Below are positions 36,152 through 45,548 of a DNA stretch of 63,077 nt, one piece after another (position 1 is the stretch's first letter; the number at the start of each line of letters is the position of its first letter). Under the pieces are notes generated by a model. That model was not told the origin of the DNA. It did not search any database and saw nothing but the letters and a program-made list of their open reading frames with translations. The translations under genes and the position numbers were made by a program. The stretch comes from a virus. Lineage: Duplodnaviria; Caudoviricetes. The stretch is from the IMG/VR virus record IMGVR_UViG_3300044627_000701, positions 1 to 63,077 of that record; one strand, written 5' to 3'.

Positions 36152-36333
36152 CGGGTAACATTGTCAGTCGCCCCCGCAAGCCTGCTGGCTGGTGGACGCC
36201 TGAAAAGCGTCAGGTGGCTTGGGATATGTACGTAGAGGGTAAGCCCTTTGAGGAGATCGCTGAGCACTTTGGCGTGACCCTCGCCGCCGCTGCGCGGCAG
36301 GTGTACCAGCACAAGAAGGAGCAAACGAAGTGA
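36148..36333 (+). CDS. Small helix-turn-helix protein
   Basis: WT.E...FEEIAEHFGVTLAAA motif. Confidence 0.65.
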   Translation: MTGNIVSRPRKPAGWWTPEKRQVAWDMYVEGKPFEEIAEHFGVTLAAAARQVYQHKKEQTK

Positions 36334-37112
36334 GTGACGAATACAAGGTGACGCCGGTCGAGACCAAGCGCCCGAGCCTGATGATCGCTACTCCCATGTA
36401 CGGCGGCATGTGCACGGGTGCGTATGTGCAAGGTCTGCTGTTCACGGTCGCCAAGATGCGTGAGCTGGGGGTGCATGTGGCGTGGTGCCAGATCACCAAC
36501 GAGAGCCTTATCACCCGCGCCCGTAACGAACTGGCGCGTGTCTTCCTTGAGAGCGGCCACGACTACCTGATGTTCATCGACGCTGACATTGGCTTCGACG
36601 CTAACGCTGTGGCTATGCTGCTAGCGGGAGACAGGGACATCGCGTGCGGCATCTACCCCAAGAAGGAAGTGAACTGGGATAGCGTCAAGAAGGCGGCGCG
36701 TGAGGGTAAGAACGACCTGCACGACCACGCTGGTGCGTTCGTCTTCAACATGGTTGGCAGCGGGGATGTCGAGACCGATCCAGAGGGCTTCATCGAGGTC
36801 CGCCATGGCGGTACCGGCTTCATGCTTATCAAGCGCGGTGTGTTTGAACACCTTGCGCCGCATGTACCTACCTATCGGGTGTCGTCGTTCTTTGACCCGG
36901 AGAAGGGGGAGTATGCCAAGCCTTTGACCCATGAATTTTTCGCAACGAGTATCGACGACAGTGGGGCGTTGCTGTCCGAAGATTATCACTTTTGCGAACT
37001 GTGGCGGAAACACGGGGGTAAAATCCATGCCCACCCCTTCATCCGTCTTACCCACACCGGCACGTATACATACGACGGTGACATACTGAAAAGCGGCGGG
37101 AACCTAAAGTAA
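36330..37112 (+). CDS. GT-A fold glycosyltransferase-like protein (replication module)
   Basis: IATPMYGG, ESLITRARN, LMFIDADI, GTGFMLIKR and SEDYHFC motifs. Confidence 0.75.
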   Translation: MSDEYKVTPVETKRPSLMIATPMYGGMCTGAYVQGLLFTVAKMRELGVHVAWCQITNESLITRARNELARVFLESGHDYLMFIDADIGFDANAVAMLLAGDRDIACGIYPKKEVNWDSVKKAAREGKNDLHDHAGAFVFNMVGSGDVETDPEGFIEVRHGGTGFMLIKRGVFEHLAPHVPTYRVSSFFDPEKGEYAKPLTHEFFATSIDDSGALLSEDYHFCELWRKHGGKIHAHPFIRLTHTGTYTYDGDILKSGGNLK

Positions 37113-37122
37113 GGAGCAGACC

Positions 37123-37848
37123 ATGACTAAACGAGCTACACAAGACTACGACTACGACCAGATCAGAGCTTTTTTGGAAGCCCACCCCGGAGACGAGCTT
37201 AAGGTGGTTGGTTATAAGCTGGGCATACCCACCAAGGCAGTCTGGCGTGTTTTCCAGTTGGATGCGCGCAAGGAAGACCCAGACTACGCTCCGCGTACCA
37301 AGACGAGCCTGATACTGAAGTATATGCAGGCGCACCCCCGGTGTGGTAACCTCCGCATTGCCGAAGTCATAGGCGCTAGTCGGGCGCTTGTGAACGACAC
37401 GCGCAGGCTGTGGAAAGACCTAATCGAAGACCCGATCACTGCTCCGCACTACGCGCCGGTCAAGCCGGCCAAGCGGTGTATTGAGTCTGCTCCCATGTAC
37501 CGGGTATTACAGTCGGAGCTGGAGTCTAACCCCATCTACCGGGCCCAGCAGCCGAAGTCCGAGCCCGTCGCCTGCGAGGGCAACACCATCGAGCAAGTGC
37601 TGGTCGAGCGTGGCAAGGACTACGGCGACTATGCTAGCAAGGCGCAGTTCATTCAGGGTGTGAAGTATCTTATGCGGAGCAGCCCCAGCTGGGAAGCCAT
37701 GGATGCTGATATGCGTGAGAGTATGGAGATGATCGCCCACAAGATGGGGCGTGTCGTGTACGGCGACCCGACGCACAAGGATAACTTCCTTGATATCGCT
37801 GGTTACGCCAAGCTGGTCGCAGACCGGCTTCAAGACAACGCAAACTGA
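37123..37848 (+). CDS. Protein with HTH-like N-terminus and DUF6378-like C-terminal domain
   Basis: ERGKDYGD...HKMGR...GD...DNFLDIAGYA motif. Confidence 0.65.
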   Translation: MTKRATQDYDYDQIRAFLEAHPGDELKVVGYKLGIPTKAVWRVFQLDARKEDPDYAPRTKTSLILKYMQAHPRCGNLRIAEVIGASRALVNDTRRLWKDLIEDPITAPHYAPVKPAKRCIESAPMYRVLQSELESNPIYRAQQPKSEPVACEGNTIEQVLVERGKDYGDYASKAQFIQGVKYLMRSSPSWEAMDADMRESMEMIAHKMGRVVYGDPTHKDNFLDIAGYAKLVADRLQDNAN

Positions 37849-37858
37849 GGAGGAAGCT

Positions 37859-38161
37859 ATGTCATGGTACAACCCATGGGGCGAAGCCCGCGAACTACGA
37901 GTGAAGCTGGCCGAGGCTGAGCAGACTTATGTTAGGCTGACTAAGCAGATCAAAGAGCTTGAGACCGTCAATAAAGAGCTTAAGTTCATCAGTAAAGAAA
38001 ACGAGCGTGAGCTTGACCTGCTTGAGTTCGATTTGGGAGAACTTAAAGAGGCATATGCAAAGCTTCATGAACGGACCGTTGGCTTAGAGAAAGCATTGGC
38101 TGAAGCCAGTAAGAATGATATACGTGACGGCAACGGTCGTTTTAGGAAAGCTAAGAAGTAA
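37859..38161 (+). CDS. Coiled-coil hypothetical protein
   Basis: ATG at 37859 with RBS GAGGAGG; C-terminal RD.NGRF.K motif. Confidence 0.65.
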   Translation: MSWYNPWGEARELRVKLAEAEQTYVRLTKQIKELETVNKELKFISKENERELDLLEFDLGELKEAYAKLHERTVGLEKALAEASKNDIRDGNGRFRKAKK

Positions 38162-38826
38162 TGACAGCGTGGTCCTATAGCAGCATCAAAACCTTCGACC
38201 AATGTCCGAAGAAGTACTTCCACCTGAAGGTGGTCAAGGACGTCAAGGACGAGGCGGGGGAAGCTGCTGACTATGGGACCGCCGTCCACGAAGCGGCTGA
38301 GTTATTCATCACGCAGGGGGCACCCATCCCCGAGAAGTTCGCCTTCATGCGCCCCATCGTGGAACCACTGGCGAAGAAGCAAGGCACCAAGTACGCCGAA
38401 ATCAAGATTGGCGTGTCCAAGGCGCTGGAGCCGCGAGGCTTTTTTGACAAGGACGTCTGGTATCGGGGTATCGCTGACTTGCTCATCGTGAACGGTAGCA
38501 AGGCGTGGCTGGTGGACTACAAGACAGGCAAGAACGCCAAGTACGCGGACATCAAACAGCTGGACCTGCTGGCGGGAGCCATCTTCGTCCACTTCCCCAA
38601 GGTAGAGACCATCAACTCTGCTCTCCTGTACGTTGTCAGTCAGGAGATGCCGAGGAAGATTCACCACAGGCAGCACCTGCCCACCTACATGGGTGTGTTC
38701 GATGACCAGCTGGACCGGCTGGAGGCGGCTAAGGAGAACGGCGTGTGGAACGCTAACCCCAGCGGGCTGTGTGGTTGGTGCCCGGTCGAGACGTGCGAAC
38801 ACTGGCGACCACGGAGGCGTGGATGA
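38161..38826 (+). CDS. PD-(D/E)xK (Cas4/RecB-like) exonuclease
   Basis: WSYS...CP, GTAVH, GIADL, VDYKTGK, QL and C..C.....C motifs. Confidence 0.85.
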   Translation: MTAWSYSSIKTFDQCPKKYFHLKVVKDVKDEAGEAADYGTAVHEAAELFITQGAPIPEKFAFMRPIVEPLAKKQGTKYAEIKIGVSKALEPRGFFDKDVWYRGIADLLIVNGSKAWLVDYKTGKNAKYADIKQLDLLAGAIFVHFPKVETINSALLYVVSQEMPRKIHHRQHLPTYMGVFDDQLDRLEAAKENGVWNANPSGLCGWCPVETCEHWRPRRRG

Positions 38827-39026
38827 AACTGCTGAGCCTGAAGGCAAGCCTTGATGGCTACCACCAGAGTAGGGCTAACAAGCACGGCTACCTGTACTAC
38901 CTTACCCGAGTAATCGGGCCGAGCCAAGCGTGGCCGGATGTGGTAGAAGCCAAGTCGATTTCCACGGGGCGCACCGTCACACTGTCGGCCCCGTTCTTCG
39001 AGACGAAGGAGGTAGAGGGTGGCTAG
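38823..39026 (+). CDS. Hypothetical protein
   Basis: ATGA overlap; RBS GGAGG. Confidence 0.55.
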   Translation: MKLLSLKASLDGYHQSRANKHGYLYYLTRVIGPSQAWPDVVEAKSISTGRTVTLSAPFFETKEVEGG

Positions 39027-39303
39027 GGATTACAAGTCGGAGTACGAAAAGTACCAAGGCACCCCGGAGCAGAAGAAGAACCGGGCCAAGCGCAACGCTG
39101 CCCGAGCCAAGCTCATGAAGACCGGCAAGGTCAAGAAGGGCGATGGCATGGACGTGGCCCACGTCCGCGCGTTTGATAAGGGCGGCACCAACGGTGATGG
39201 TCTGCGGGCCGAGCCGAAGTCTAAGAACCGCTCGTTCAAGCGGGACAGCAAAGGCAACCTCGTGTCGGAGGTTAGCGCACGAGAGCGTAAGCGCTCGAAG
39301 TAA
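39019..39303 (+). CDS. HNH-like small basic protein
   Basis: RDYK.EY...KGDG.DV.H...KGG...NR motifs. Confidence 0.7.
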   Translation: MARDYKSEYEKYQGTPEQKKNRAKRNAARAKLMKTGKVKKGDGMDVAHVRAFDKGGTNGDGLRAEPKSKNRSFKRDSKGNLVSEVSARERKRSK

Positions 39304-39321
39304 CAAGCTAGGAGCAAACTA

Positions 39322-40863
39322 GTGCAGATTATCGAAGACAAGGCGCTGCTCGTCAGCGTTGACGACCCGTCTGTTATTACATCTGTAGTAACAAAGAGCG
39401 CTAACACCAGTGAGGGTGTGTTGGTGAACTGGGGGCACAAGGAAGCGGAAGCCTTGGTGAAGCTGGGGCTGGATGCCCCGTCGCCCATCCTGCGCGACTA
39501 TAAGTGGACCGGGCGCTACACCCCCTTCGACCACCAGAAGGTTACGTCTTCGTTCCTGTCGCTGCGCGAGCGGGCGTTCTGTTTCAACGAGCAAGGTACG
39601 GGTAAGACCGCCAGCGTCATCTGGGCTGCCGACTACCTGATGAAGAAGGGGCTTGTGAAGCGCGCCCTTGTGCTGTGCCCGCTGTCCATCATGAAGTCGG
39701 CATGGCAGCAAGACGTCTTTAAGTTTGCCATGCACCGGTCGTGTAGCGTGGCACACGGTAGCGCCAAGCAGCGTGAGAAGGTTATCCAAGCCGGGGCAGA
39801 CATTGTCGTCATCAACTTTGATGGCGTGGCGACCGCGCTAGATGCAATCATGGCTGGGGGGTTCGACCTCATCGTCGTGGACGAGGCGTCGGCCTACAAG
39901 AACGCCCAGACCAACCGCTGGAAAATCCTGAACAGGATCGTGAAAAATACTAGTCCCCGCATCTGGATGCTTACGGGTACGCCGGCAGCACAATCACCAC
40001 TGGATGCCTACGGTCTGGCGCGGCTCTTGGAGACACCCAAGTGCCCGAAATATTTTGGGCCTTTCCGCGACAGCGTGATGATGTCGGTCAGCAAGTTCAA
40101 GTGGGCACCTAAGCCCCACGCGAACAAGGTCGTGCATGAGATGCTTCAGCCGGCGATACGGTTCGAGAAGAAGGACTGCCTTGACCTGCCAGACGTTGTC
40201 CACGTCGAGCGGGAGGTGGAGATGACCCCCCAGCAGAAGAAGTACTACAACCAGCTCAAGAGCCAGCTGCTCATCGAGGCAGCGGGTGAAGAGGTCAGCG
40301 CCGTCAACGCCGCCGGACGGGTGAACAAGCTACTCCAGATCAGCGGAGGCGCGGTCTACACGGACGATGGGCAGGTGCTGGAGTTCGACGTCTCCAACCG
40401 TATCACGGCGGTGCTGGAGATTATCAACGAGACGTCCAACAAGGTGCTGGTCTTTGTACCCTTCACCCACACCATCGACATACTGGTAGCCAGACTGGAG
40501 AAGGAAGGCATCAGCTGCGCTCTCATTAGTGGTAAGGTGCCGGTCAATCGCCGCAGCGATATCGTTACCAAGTTCCAGAACGACCCCGACCCAAAGGTGC
40601 TGGTTATCCAGCCGCAGGCCGCCAGTCACGGCCTTACCCTTACGGCAGCAGACACAATCATCTGGTACGCGCCTGTAACATCGGTGGAGACCTACCTCCA
40701 AGCCAACGCCCGCATCAACCGTCCCGGCCAGAAGAACGCCATGACGATCATGCACATCCGGGGCAGCGAGGTGGAGTCCCGCCTGTACAAGATGCTTCAG
40801 GGTAACATCGAAAACCACGAACGGTTGATCGACCTGTACAGAAATATACTTGACACGGTCTAA
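39322..40863 (+). CDS. SNF2-like superfamily 2 helicase
   Basis: EQGTGKT, DEAS, LTGTP, HGLTLT and QANARINRPGQ motifs. Confidence 0.9.
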   Translation: MQIIEDKALLVSVDDPSVITSVVTKSANTSEGVLVNWGHKEAEALVKLGLDAPSPILRDYKWTGRYTPFDHQKVTSSFLSLRERAFCFNEQGTGKTASVIWAADYLMKKGLVKRALVLCPLSIMKSAWQQDVFKFAMHRSCSVAHGSAKQREKVIQAGADIVVINFDGVATALDAIMAGGFDLIVVDEASAYKNAQTNRWKILNRIVKNTSPRIWMLTGTPAAQSPLDAYGLARLLETPKCPKYFGPFRDSVMMSVSKFKWAPKPHANKVVHEMLQPAIRFEKKDCLDLPDVVHVEREVEMTPQQKKYYNQLKSQLLIEAAGEEVSAVNAAGRVNKLLQISGGAVYTDDGQVLEFDVSNRITAVLEIINETSNKVLVFVPFTHTIDILVARLEKEGISCALISGKVPVNRRSDIVTKFQNDPDPKVLVIQPQAASHGLTLTAADTIIWYAPVTSVETYLQANARINRPGQKNAMTIMHIRGSEVESRLYKMLQGNIENHERLIDLYRNILDTV

Positions 40864-40878
40864 GACCGCTGCTACACA
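40850..40878 (+). promoter_or_regulatory. Sigma70-type promoter with a palindrome in the spacer
   Basis: TTGACA-17 bp-TACACA with TG; the spacer contains CGGTCT-A-AGACCG. Confidence 0.7.
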
Positions 40879-40907
40879 AACAACCCCGGCAACCGAAGGA
40901 GCAAACC

Positions 40908-41318
40908 ATGTCGGACTCAGTAAGTATCGAAGAGATGGTGGAGGCGTACCGAAAGGTGCGTGATGCCATCGCCAAGCGTAAAGAAGATTTTGAGTTGAAG
41001 ATGGAGGAGATGGAGAAAAGCCTTGCGGTTATCTCCGCCGCTATCTTGGAGTTCTGTAACGCGCACAATCTGGATAGCGTTAAGACCCCGATGGGGACTG
41101 TGTCGCGTCGCGTTCAGACCCGCTACTGGACCAACGACTGGGAGTCCATGTACAACTTCGTAGTCGAGAATAACGTCCCGTTTATCCTCGAAAAGCGTAT
41201 CCATAACGGGAACATGCAGCAGGTGCTGGACGAGAACCCAGACCTGATGCCGGCGGGCCTTCAGCTCGACCGCAAGTTTGTAATCCAAGTCCGCAAACCC
41301 ACCAAAAAGGGCGAATAA
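40908..41318 (+). CDS. Replication-module protein of unknown function
   Basis: 136 aa; RBS GAAGGAGCAAAC. Confidence 0.75.
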   Translation: MSDSVSIEEMVEAYRKVRDAIAKRKEDFELKMEEMEKSLAVISAAILEFCNAHNLDSVKTPMGTVSRRVQTRYWTNDWESMYNFVVENNVPFILEKRIHNGNMQQVLDENPDLMPAGLQLDRKFVIQVRKPTKKGE

Positions 41319-41320
41319 CC

Positions 41321-42265
41321 ATGAGCAACCTGACTATTTTCCAAGACCCGTCCAACCTGCCCACCGTCCGCCGCCAGTCTAAGCTGCTGGACAAGATGGG
41401 TAGCAACGGCGGTAGCCTGCGCCGCATCGCGCTGAACACCAACGGCACCTTCAAGCGTATCGTGGGTGGTGAGCAGATTGGCAAGGCAGTCCCGCACCAG
41501 TTGGACGTCATCGTCGTTGACCTGCTGGCTGAGCCGTCGCGCCAGTTCTACGCCTCCAAGTATGACCCCAGCGCGCAGGCCACGCTGCCTGACTGCTGGT
41601 CGAACGATGGCAAGACCCCGGATGCCAAGGCCGCTGGTAAGCCTGCTTCCTCCTGCGCCGCCTGCCCTAAGAACGTCGAAGGCTCTGGCGAAAATGGTAA
41701 GGGCCGCGCCTGCCGCTTCCTGCGCCGCATCGCTGTGCTGGTGGTTGGTGACCCGTCTGGCGAAGTCTACCAGATGCAAATCCCGGCTGCTTCGCTCTTT
41801 GGTAAGGGCACCGACAACGTCCACCCGTTCGAGAGCTACAAGAAGTTCCTGATGGCCAACGGCGAAGCTGTGGATACTGTCGTCACCCGTGTGATGTACG
41901 ACCTCGACGCGGACACCATGAAGCTGAAGTTCACCCCCGTGCGTCTGCTGACCGAGGTGGAAGCTGGCTTTGTGGACGCTGCACAGGAAGACCCGGAGAC
42001 CAAGCGTTACGTGGGTCTGTCCGTGGCGGAAACCGGTGGTGCCACTAAGGCTATCGCTGCTCCTGCCGAACCGAAGACGGTTGAAGCCAAGGCTATCTCC
42101 GCTGCACCTGCGGGTAACCCCTTCGGTGACGAAGAGGAAGAGGAGGAAGCTCCGGTGAAGCGCGCTGCGCCTAAGCGTAACGTGGCCGACACTGCTACCG
42201 CCAAGCCCGAGCTGAAGCAGGCCATGGCTTCGTGGCTGGATGATGGTGAGGACGAGGGAGAATAA
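41321..42265 (+). CDS. Putative ssDNA-binding / annealing protein
   Basis: 314 aa with a Cys cluster (C..C.CP...C) and an acidic C-terminal tail; position. Confidence 0.55.
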   Translation: MSNLTIFQDPSNLPTVRRQSKLLDKMGSNGGSLRRIALNTNGTFKRIVGGEQIGKAVPHQLDVIVVDLLAEPSRQFYASKYDPSAQATLPDCWSNDGKTPDAKAAGKPASSCAACPKNVEGSGENGKGRACRFLRRIAVLVVGDPSGEVYQMQIPAASLFGKGTDNVHPFESYKKFLMANGEAVDTVVTRVMYDLDADTMKLKFTPVRLLTEVEAGFVDAAQEDPETKRYVGLSVAETGGATKAIAAPAEPKTVEAKAISAAPAGNPFGDEEEEEEAPVKRAAPKRNVADTATAKPELKQAMASWLDDGEDEGE

Positions 42266-42268
42266 GCC

Positions 42269-42496
42269 ATGCGCGGCTACAGTATCGAAGTAGCCGAGGC
42301 TATCTGGAAAGGGGATAGGTCCCGTCTAGGAGTGCGCTTGGGCAAAGCTTGCATTGAGCGCCGTGTCCCGGTGACGAAAGTCGCCGGGGCCCTAGGGGTG
42401 ACTCGCCAAACGATCTATAACTGGTTCGTAGGCGCGTACGACCCTGCCGAGTCCCATCGGGAAGCGGTAGAGAAGTTTTTAGCCAGTCTCGACTAA
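42269..42496 (+). CDS. XRE/Cro-like HTH protein
   Basis: VTKVAGALGVTRQTIYNWFVG. Confidence 0.8.
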   Translation: MRGYSIEVAEAIWKGDRSRLGVRLGKACIERRVPVTKVAGALGVTRQTIYNWFVGAYDPAESHREAVEKFLASLD

Positions 42497-42552
42497 CACA
42501 CGCAAAGAGAGCAGAACTGGCGGGTTTTCCCCGCAGCGGTGAGTGACGCCCT

Positions 42553-45351
42553 ATGGACTTCGACCTTCTACAGCACGTCCAGCCCGCGTCTGGCCATATC
42601 GCCATTGTCGGTATCAAGGACGGGTATGTACGGCAGACGCTCGTACCGACCCGAGAAGAGGCGGACGCAGCAATCGAGACTTATTTACGGGGAGGTAGGG
42701 ATGTATATTTCGGTGTAGCAAAGTACGTAGAGCCAACCAGCAGGACTCAGGAAAACGTACAGGCTCTCAAGGCTTTCTGGCTGGACATCGACTGCGGTCC
42801 GAACAAGGACTACGACGACCAAGGGCAGGGGCTTCAAGCGTTACGGGACTTCTGCACGACCGTAGGTCTGCCCCGTCCTACCTTGGTGGACTCCGGTCAT
42901 GGCTGGCACGTCTACTGGGCGCTGAACCAAGAAGTTAGCCGTGCACAGTGGGAGCCAGTGGCTTCACGGCTGCGCGAGGTCTGCCGCACCCAAGGGTTGC
43001 GCGTGGATGAGAAGGTCTTTGAGGCGGCGCGCATCCTGCGCATACCGGGCACGTTCAACTTGAAGCGCGGCGGGCAGGCTCCTGTCACCGTGGCGCATGT
43101 CGGGGACCTTATCGACTTCGACGACTTTTGTGGGTTGCTTGGTGTAGCACCACCGGCAGCGCCCAAGTCTATCTTCGACCCGAACTTCAAGGCCCCGCCC
43201 CAGCAGCAGGCTATGCTGGACGGGGTAGGCTACAGCTTCAAGCGTATCATGAAGCGGACCGCCAGCGGTGATGGCTGCGCCCAGCTGGCTCACGCCTACA
43301 CCAATAGGGAGACGGTGGACTATAACGAGTGGTTCTACGCCCTGTCAGTGGCGGCGTTGTGCGAGGATGCCTCCACGGCGGTTCACCTGATGTCGGACGG
43401 TCACCCCGGCTACGACCCGGAAGAGGTGGACAGGAAGGTAGCCACCATCCGGAAGGCGACTAGCTGCACCCGGTACAAGGCCACAAGCCCGGACCGCTGC
43501 GAAGGGTGCAAGCACTTCGGCAAAATCTTCGGTCCGCGCGACCTAGGTAAAATCCCCAAAGTGGCCGCCAACAATATCAAGGTGGAGGAGATACTAGGGG
43601 AGGTCCGGACGTTCGAGATACCTGAGTACCCCACACCCTATTACCGGGGCGAAGGCGGCGGTGTCTGGGTACTGCCGCAAAAGAACGAAGCCGGAGAGCA
43701 ACCGGACCCAGTCTGTATCTACCCCTTTGACCTGTATGTGGTGAAGCGCATCACGGACCGCGTCGACGGGGGATACAAAGACCACGTGCTTATTCGCCTG
43801 CACCTACCCAACGACGGGATACGGGAGTTCACGCTCCCCATGATGAAGGTCTCGGTCTTTGATGAGTTCCGCAAGATAATGGCGGACGGGGGTGCTTACC
43901 TGCGGGGGAAGAAAGCCAACATACTACACGACTACATCATGTCATCGGCGGATATGCGCCTAAAGAAGGATAAGGCAGAAATCATGAGACAGCAATTTGG
44001 ATGGGTAGAGAACAACAGCCGGTTCGTCATTGGCGACCAAGAGATTACCGCGACGGGGCACGTCTACTCGCCGCCGTCAAAGGTCACGCAGAAGCTGGCC
44101 AAGTTCATTGGTCCGGTGGGTACGCTGGATAAGTGGAAAGAAGCAGCGGCGATGTTTAACGTGCCGGGTATGGAGCCTCATGCGTTCGCAGCGCTGAGTG
44201 CCTTCGGCGCTCCGCTTCTGAAGTTCCTTAACCAGACTGGTGCGGTCATCAACTTGTACAACCCACGCTCTGGTACGGGTAAGTCGACCGTGCTTAACTT
44301 GGTCAACAGCGTCTATGGGCACCCTAAGAACCTGCGGCTGGCGCAGAAGGACACGCTTAACGGGCGACTGCTCTGGGTGGGTATCCTTAACAACCTGCCT
44401 GCGACCATGGACGAGCTGACCAACATGTCGCCGGAGGAATACTCCGAGCTGCTCTACGGCCTGTCTAACGGTAAGGGCAAAGAGCGCATGGTGTCGGGCA
44501 CCAACGAGCTGCGCGAGAACAACACCACATGGCAGACCATCACCGTGTCCACGGCCAACGCATCGTTTGCGGAAAAGCTGTCCGTGTTGAAGCGCGCTCC
44601 AGAAGGTGAGTTGATGCGCCTCATCGAGTACCCCATCGGCCTCGTCGAGTCTGTCGGCACCGAGTACGGCAAGCAGATGTTCGACATGGTGTTGATGGAG
44701 AACTACGGCCACGCTGGTCCTATCTTCCTACGGCACATCATCTCCAAGCTGCCAGAGGTACTGGCGAAACTGGAGAGCACACAGGCCAAGATCGACCGGG
44801 AACTGAAGCTGCTCCCCCGTGAGCGCTTCTGGTCTGCCACCATCGCTGCCAACCTTGTCGGGGCTATCTACGCCAAAGAGTGTGGTCTGATTACGTGGGA
44901 CCTGAAACGCATCTATCTGTGGGTCTGCCAGCGGCTTGAGATTATGCGTGGAGAGACCGAAGCCCCACTGGATGACGTCGAGCAGGTTCTGGGCGACTAC
45001 TTGTATCGCAGCATACAGAACATCTTGGTCATCGACGACGGCGATGCGCGCAGCAAGGCCAAGCCGCTGCCGAAGCGCGAACCCAAGGGTGAGCTGCTGG
45101 TGCGTATCGAGCCAAACACCAAGATGATGTACGTCTCGGTCAAGCAGTTTAAGGAATATTGTGTGCGGTTCCAGATCAGCTACGCGGAGACGACGCGCAA
45201 GCTGAAGGAGAAGGGCCGCCTCCTGAAGAGCGACACCTACCGTCTGACCAAGGGCACCAATGTTACGGTGGACCCCGTTCACTGCCTGTACCTGAAGGTG
45301 GATGAGGATATGCTCGACTTGGAGGTATACACCAAGACCGATGAAGATTGA
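42553..45351 (+). CDS. Primase-helicase (RepB-like primase + DUF927-type helicase)
   Basis: WLDID, DSGHGWHVYW, RILRIPGTFN, Cys cluster, Walker A SGTGKST and MDE motifs. Confidence 0.85.
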   Translation: MDFDLLQHVQPASGHIAIVGIKDGYVRQTLVPTREEADAAIETYLRGGRDVYFGVAKYVEPTSRTQENVQALKAFWLDIDCGPNKDYDDQGQGLQALRDFCTTVGLPRPTLVDSGHGWHVYWALNQEVSRAQWEPVASRLREVCRTQGLRVDEKVFEAARILRIPGTFNLKRGGQAPVTVAHVGDLIDFDDFCGLLGVAPPAAPKSIFDPNFKAPPQQQAMLDGVGYSFKRIMKRTASGDGCAQLAHAYTNRETVDYNEWFYALSVAALCEDASTAVHLMSDGHPGYDPEEVDRKVATIRKATSCTRYKATSPDRCEGCKHFGKIFGPRDLGKIPKVAANNIKVEEILGEVRTFEIPEYPTPYYRGEGGGVWVLPQKNEAGEQPDPVCIYPFDLYVVKRITDRVDGGYKDHVLIRLHLPNDGIREFTLPMMKVSVFDEFRKIMADGGAYLRGKKANILHDYIMSSADMRLKKDKAEIMRQQFGWVENNSRFVIGDQEITATGHVYSPPSKVTQKLAKFIGPVGTLDKWKEAAAMFNVPGMEPHAFAALSAFGAPLLKFLNQTGAVINLYNPRSGTGKSTVLNLVNSVYGHPKNLRLAQKDTLNGRLLWVGILNNLPATMDELTNMSPEEYSELLYGLSNGKGKERMVSGTNELRENNTTWQTITVSTANASFAEKLSVLKRAPEGELMRLIEYPIGLVESVGTEYGKQMFDMVLMENYGHAGPIFLRHIISKLPEVLAKLESTQAKIDRELKLLPRERFWSATIAANLVGAIYAKECGLITWDLKRIYLWVCQRLEIMRGETEAPLDDVEQVLGDYLYRSIQNILVIDDGDARSKAKPLPKREPKGELLVRIEPNTKMMYVSVKQFKEYCVRFQISYAETTRKLKEKGRLLKSDTYRLTKGTNVTVDPVHCLYLKVDEDMLDLEVYTKTDED

Positions 45352-45535
45352 GGGTGTCTTCTACGACATAGACTGGGTGACCTTCCCGAAGGGGCACTCA
45401 GTCTTCATTCCCTGCTTGGATACCCAAGCCGGTAAGGAGGACGTCTACCAAGAGGCCCAACGTCTGGAGGTGGCCGTATTCGTTCGAGGAGAGACGCATA
45501 ACAGCATAAAGGGGTTGCGTCTCTGGAGGCTCTAA
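45341..45535 (+). CDS. Small hypothetical protein (64 aa), last gene of the early arm
   Basis: ATG at 45341 with RBS GGAGG; W..F.KG.SVFIPC...GLRLWR. Confidence 0.7.
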   Translation: MKIEGVFYDIDWVTFPKGHSVFIPCLDTQAGKEDVYQEAQRLEVAVFVRGETHNSIKGLRLWRL

Positions 45536-45548
45536 GATAATAGTGGAG

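Noticed and set aside
38161-38826. Cas4 as evidence of a CRISPR system
   Set aside because: It is a stand-alone PD-(D/E)xK exonuclease in a replication module, which is common in phages.
24565-45535. Integrase / lysogeny module
   Set aside because: No tyrosine or serine recombinase motifs were recognised in any ORF.
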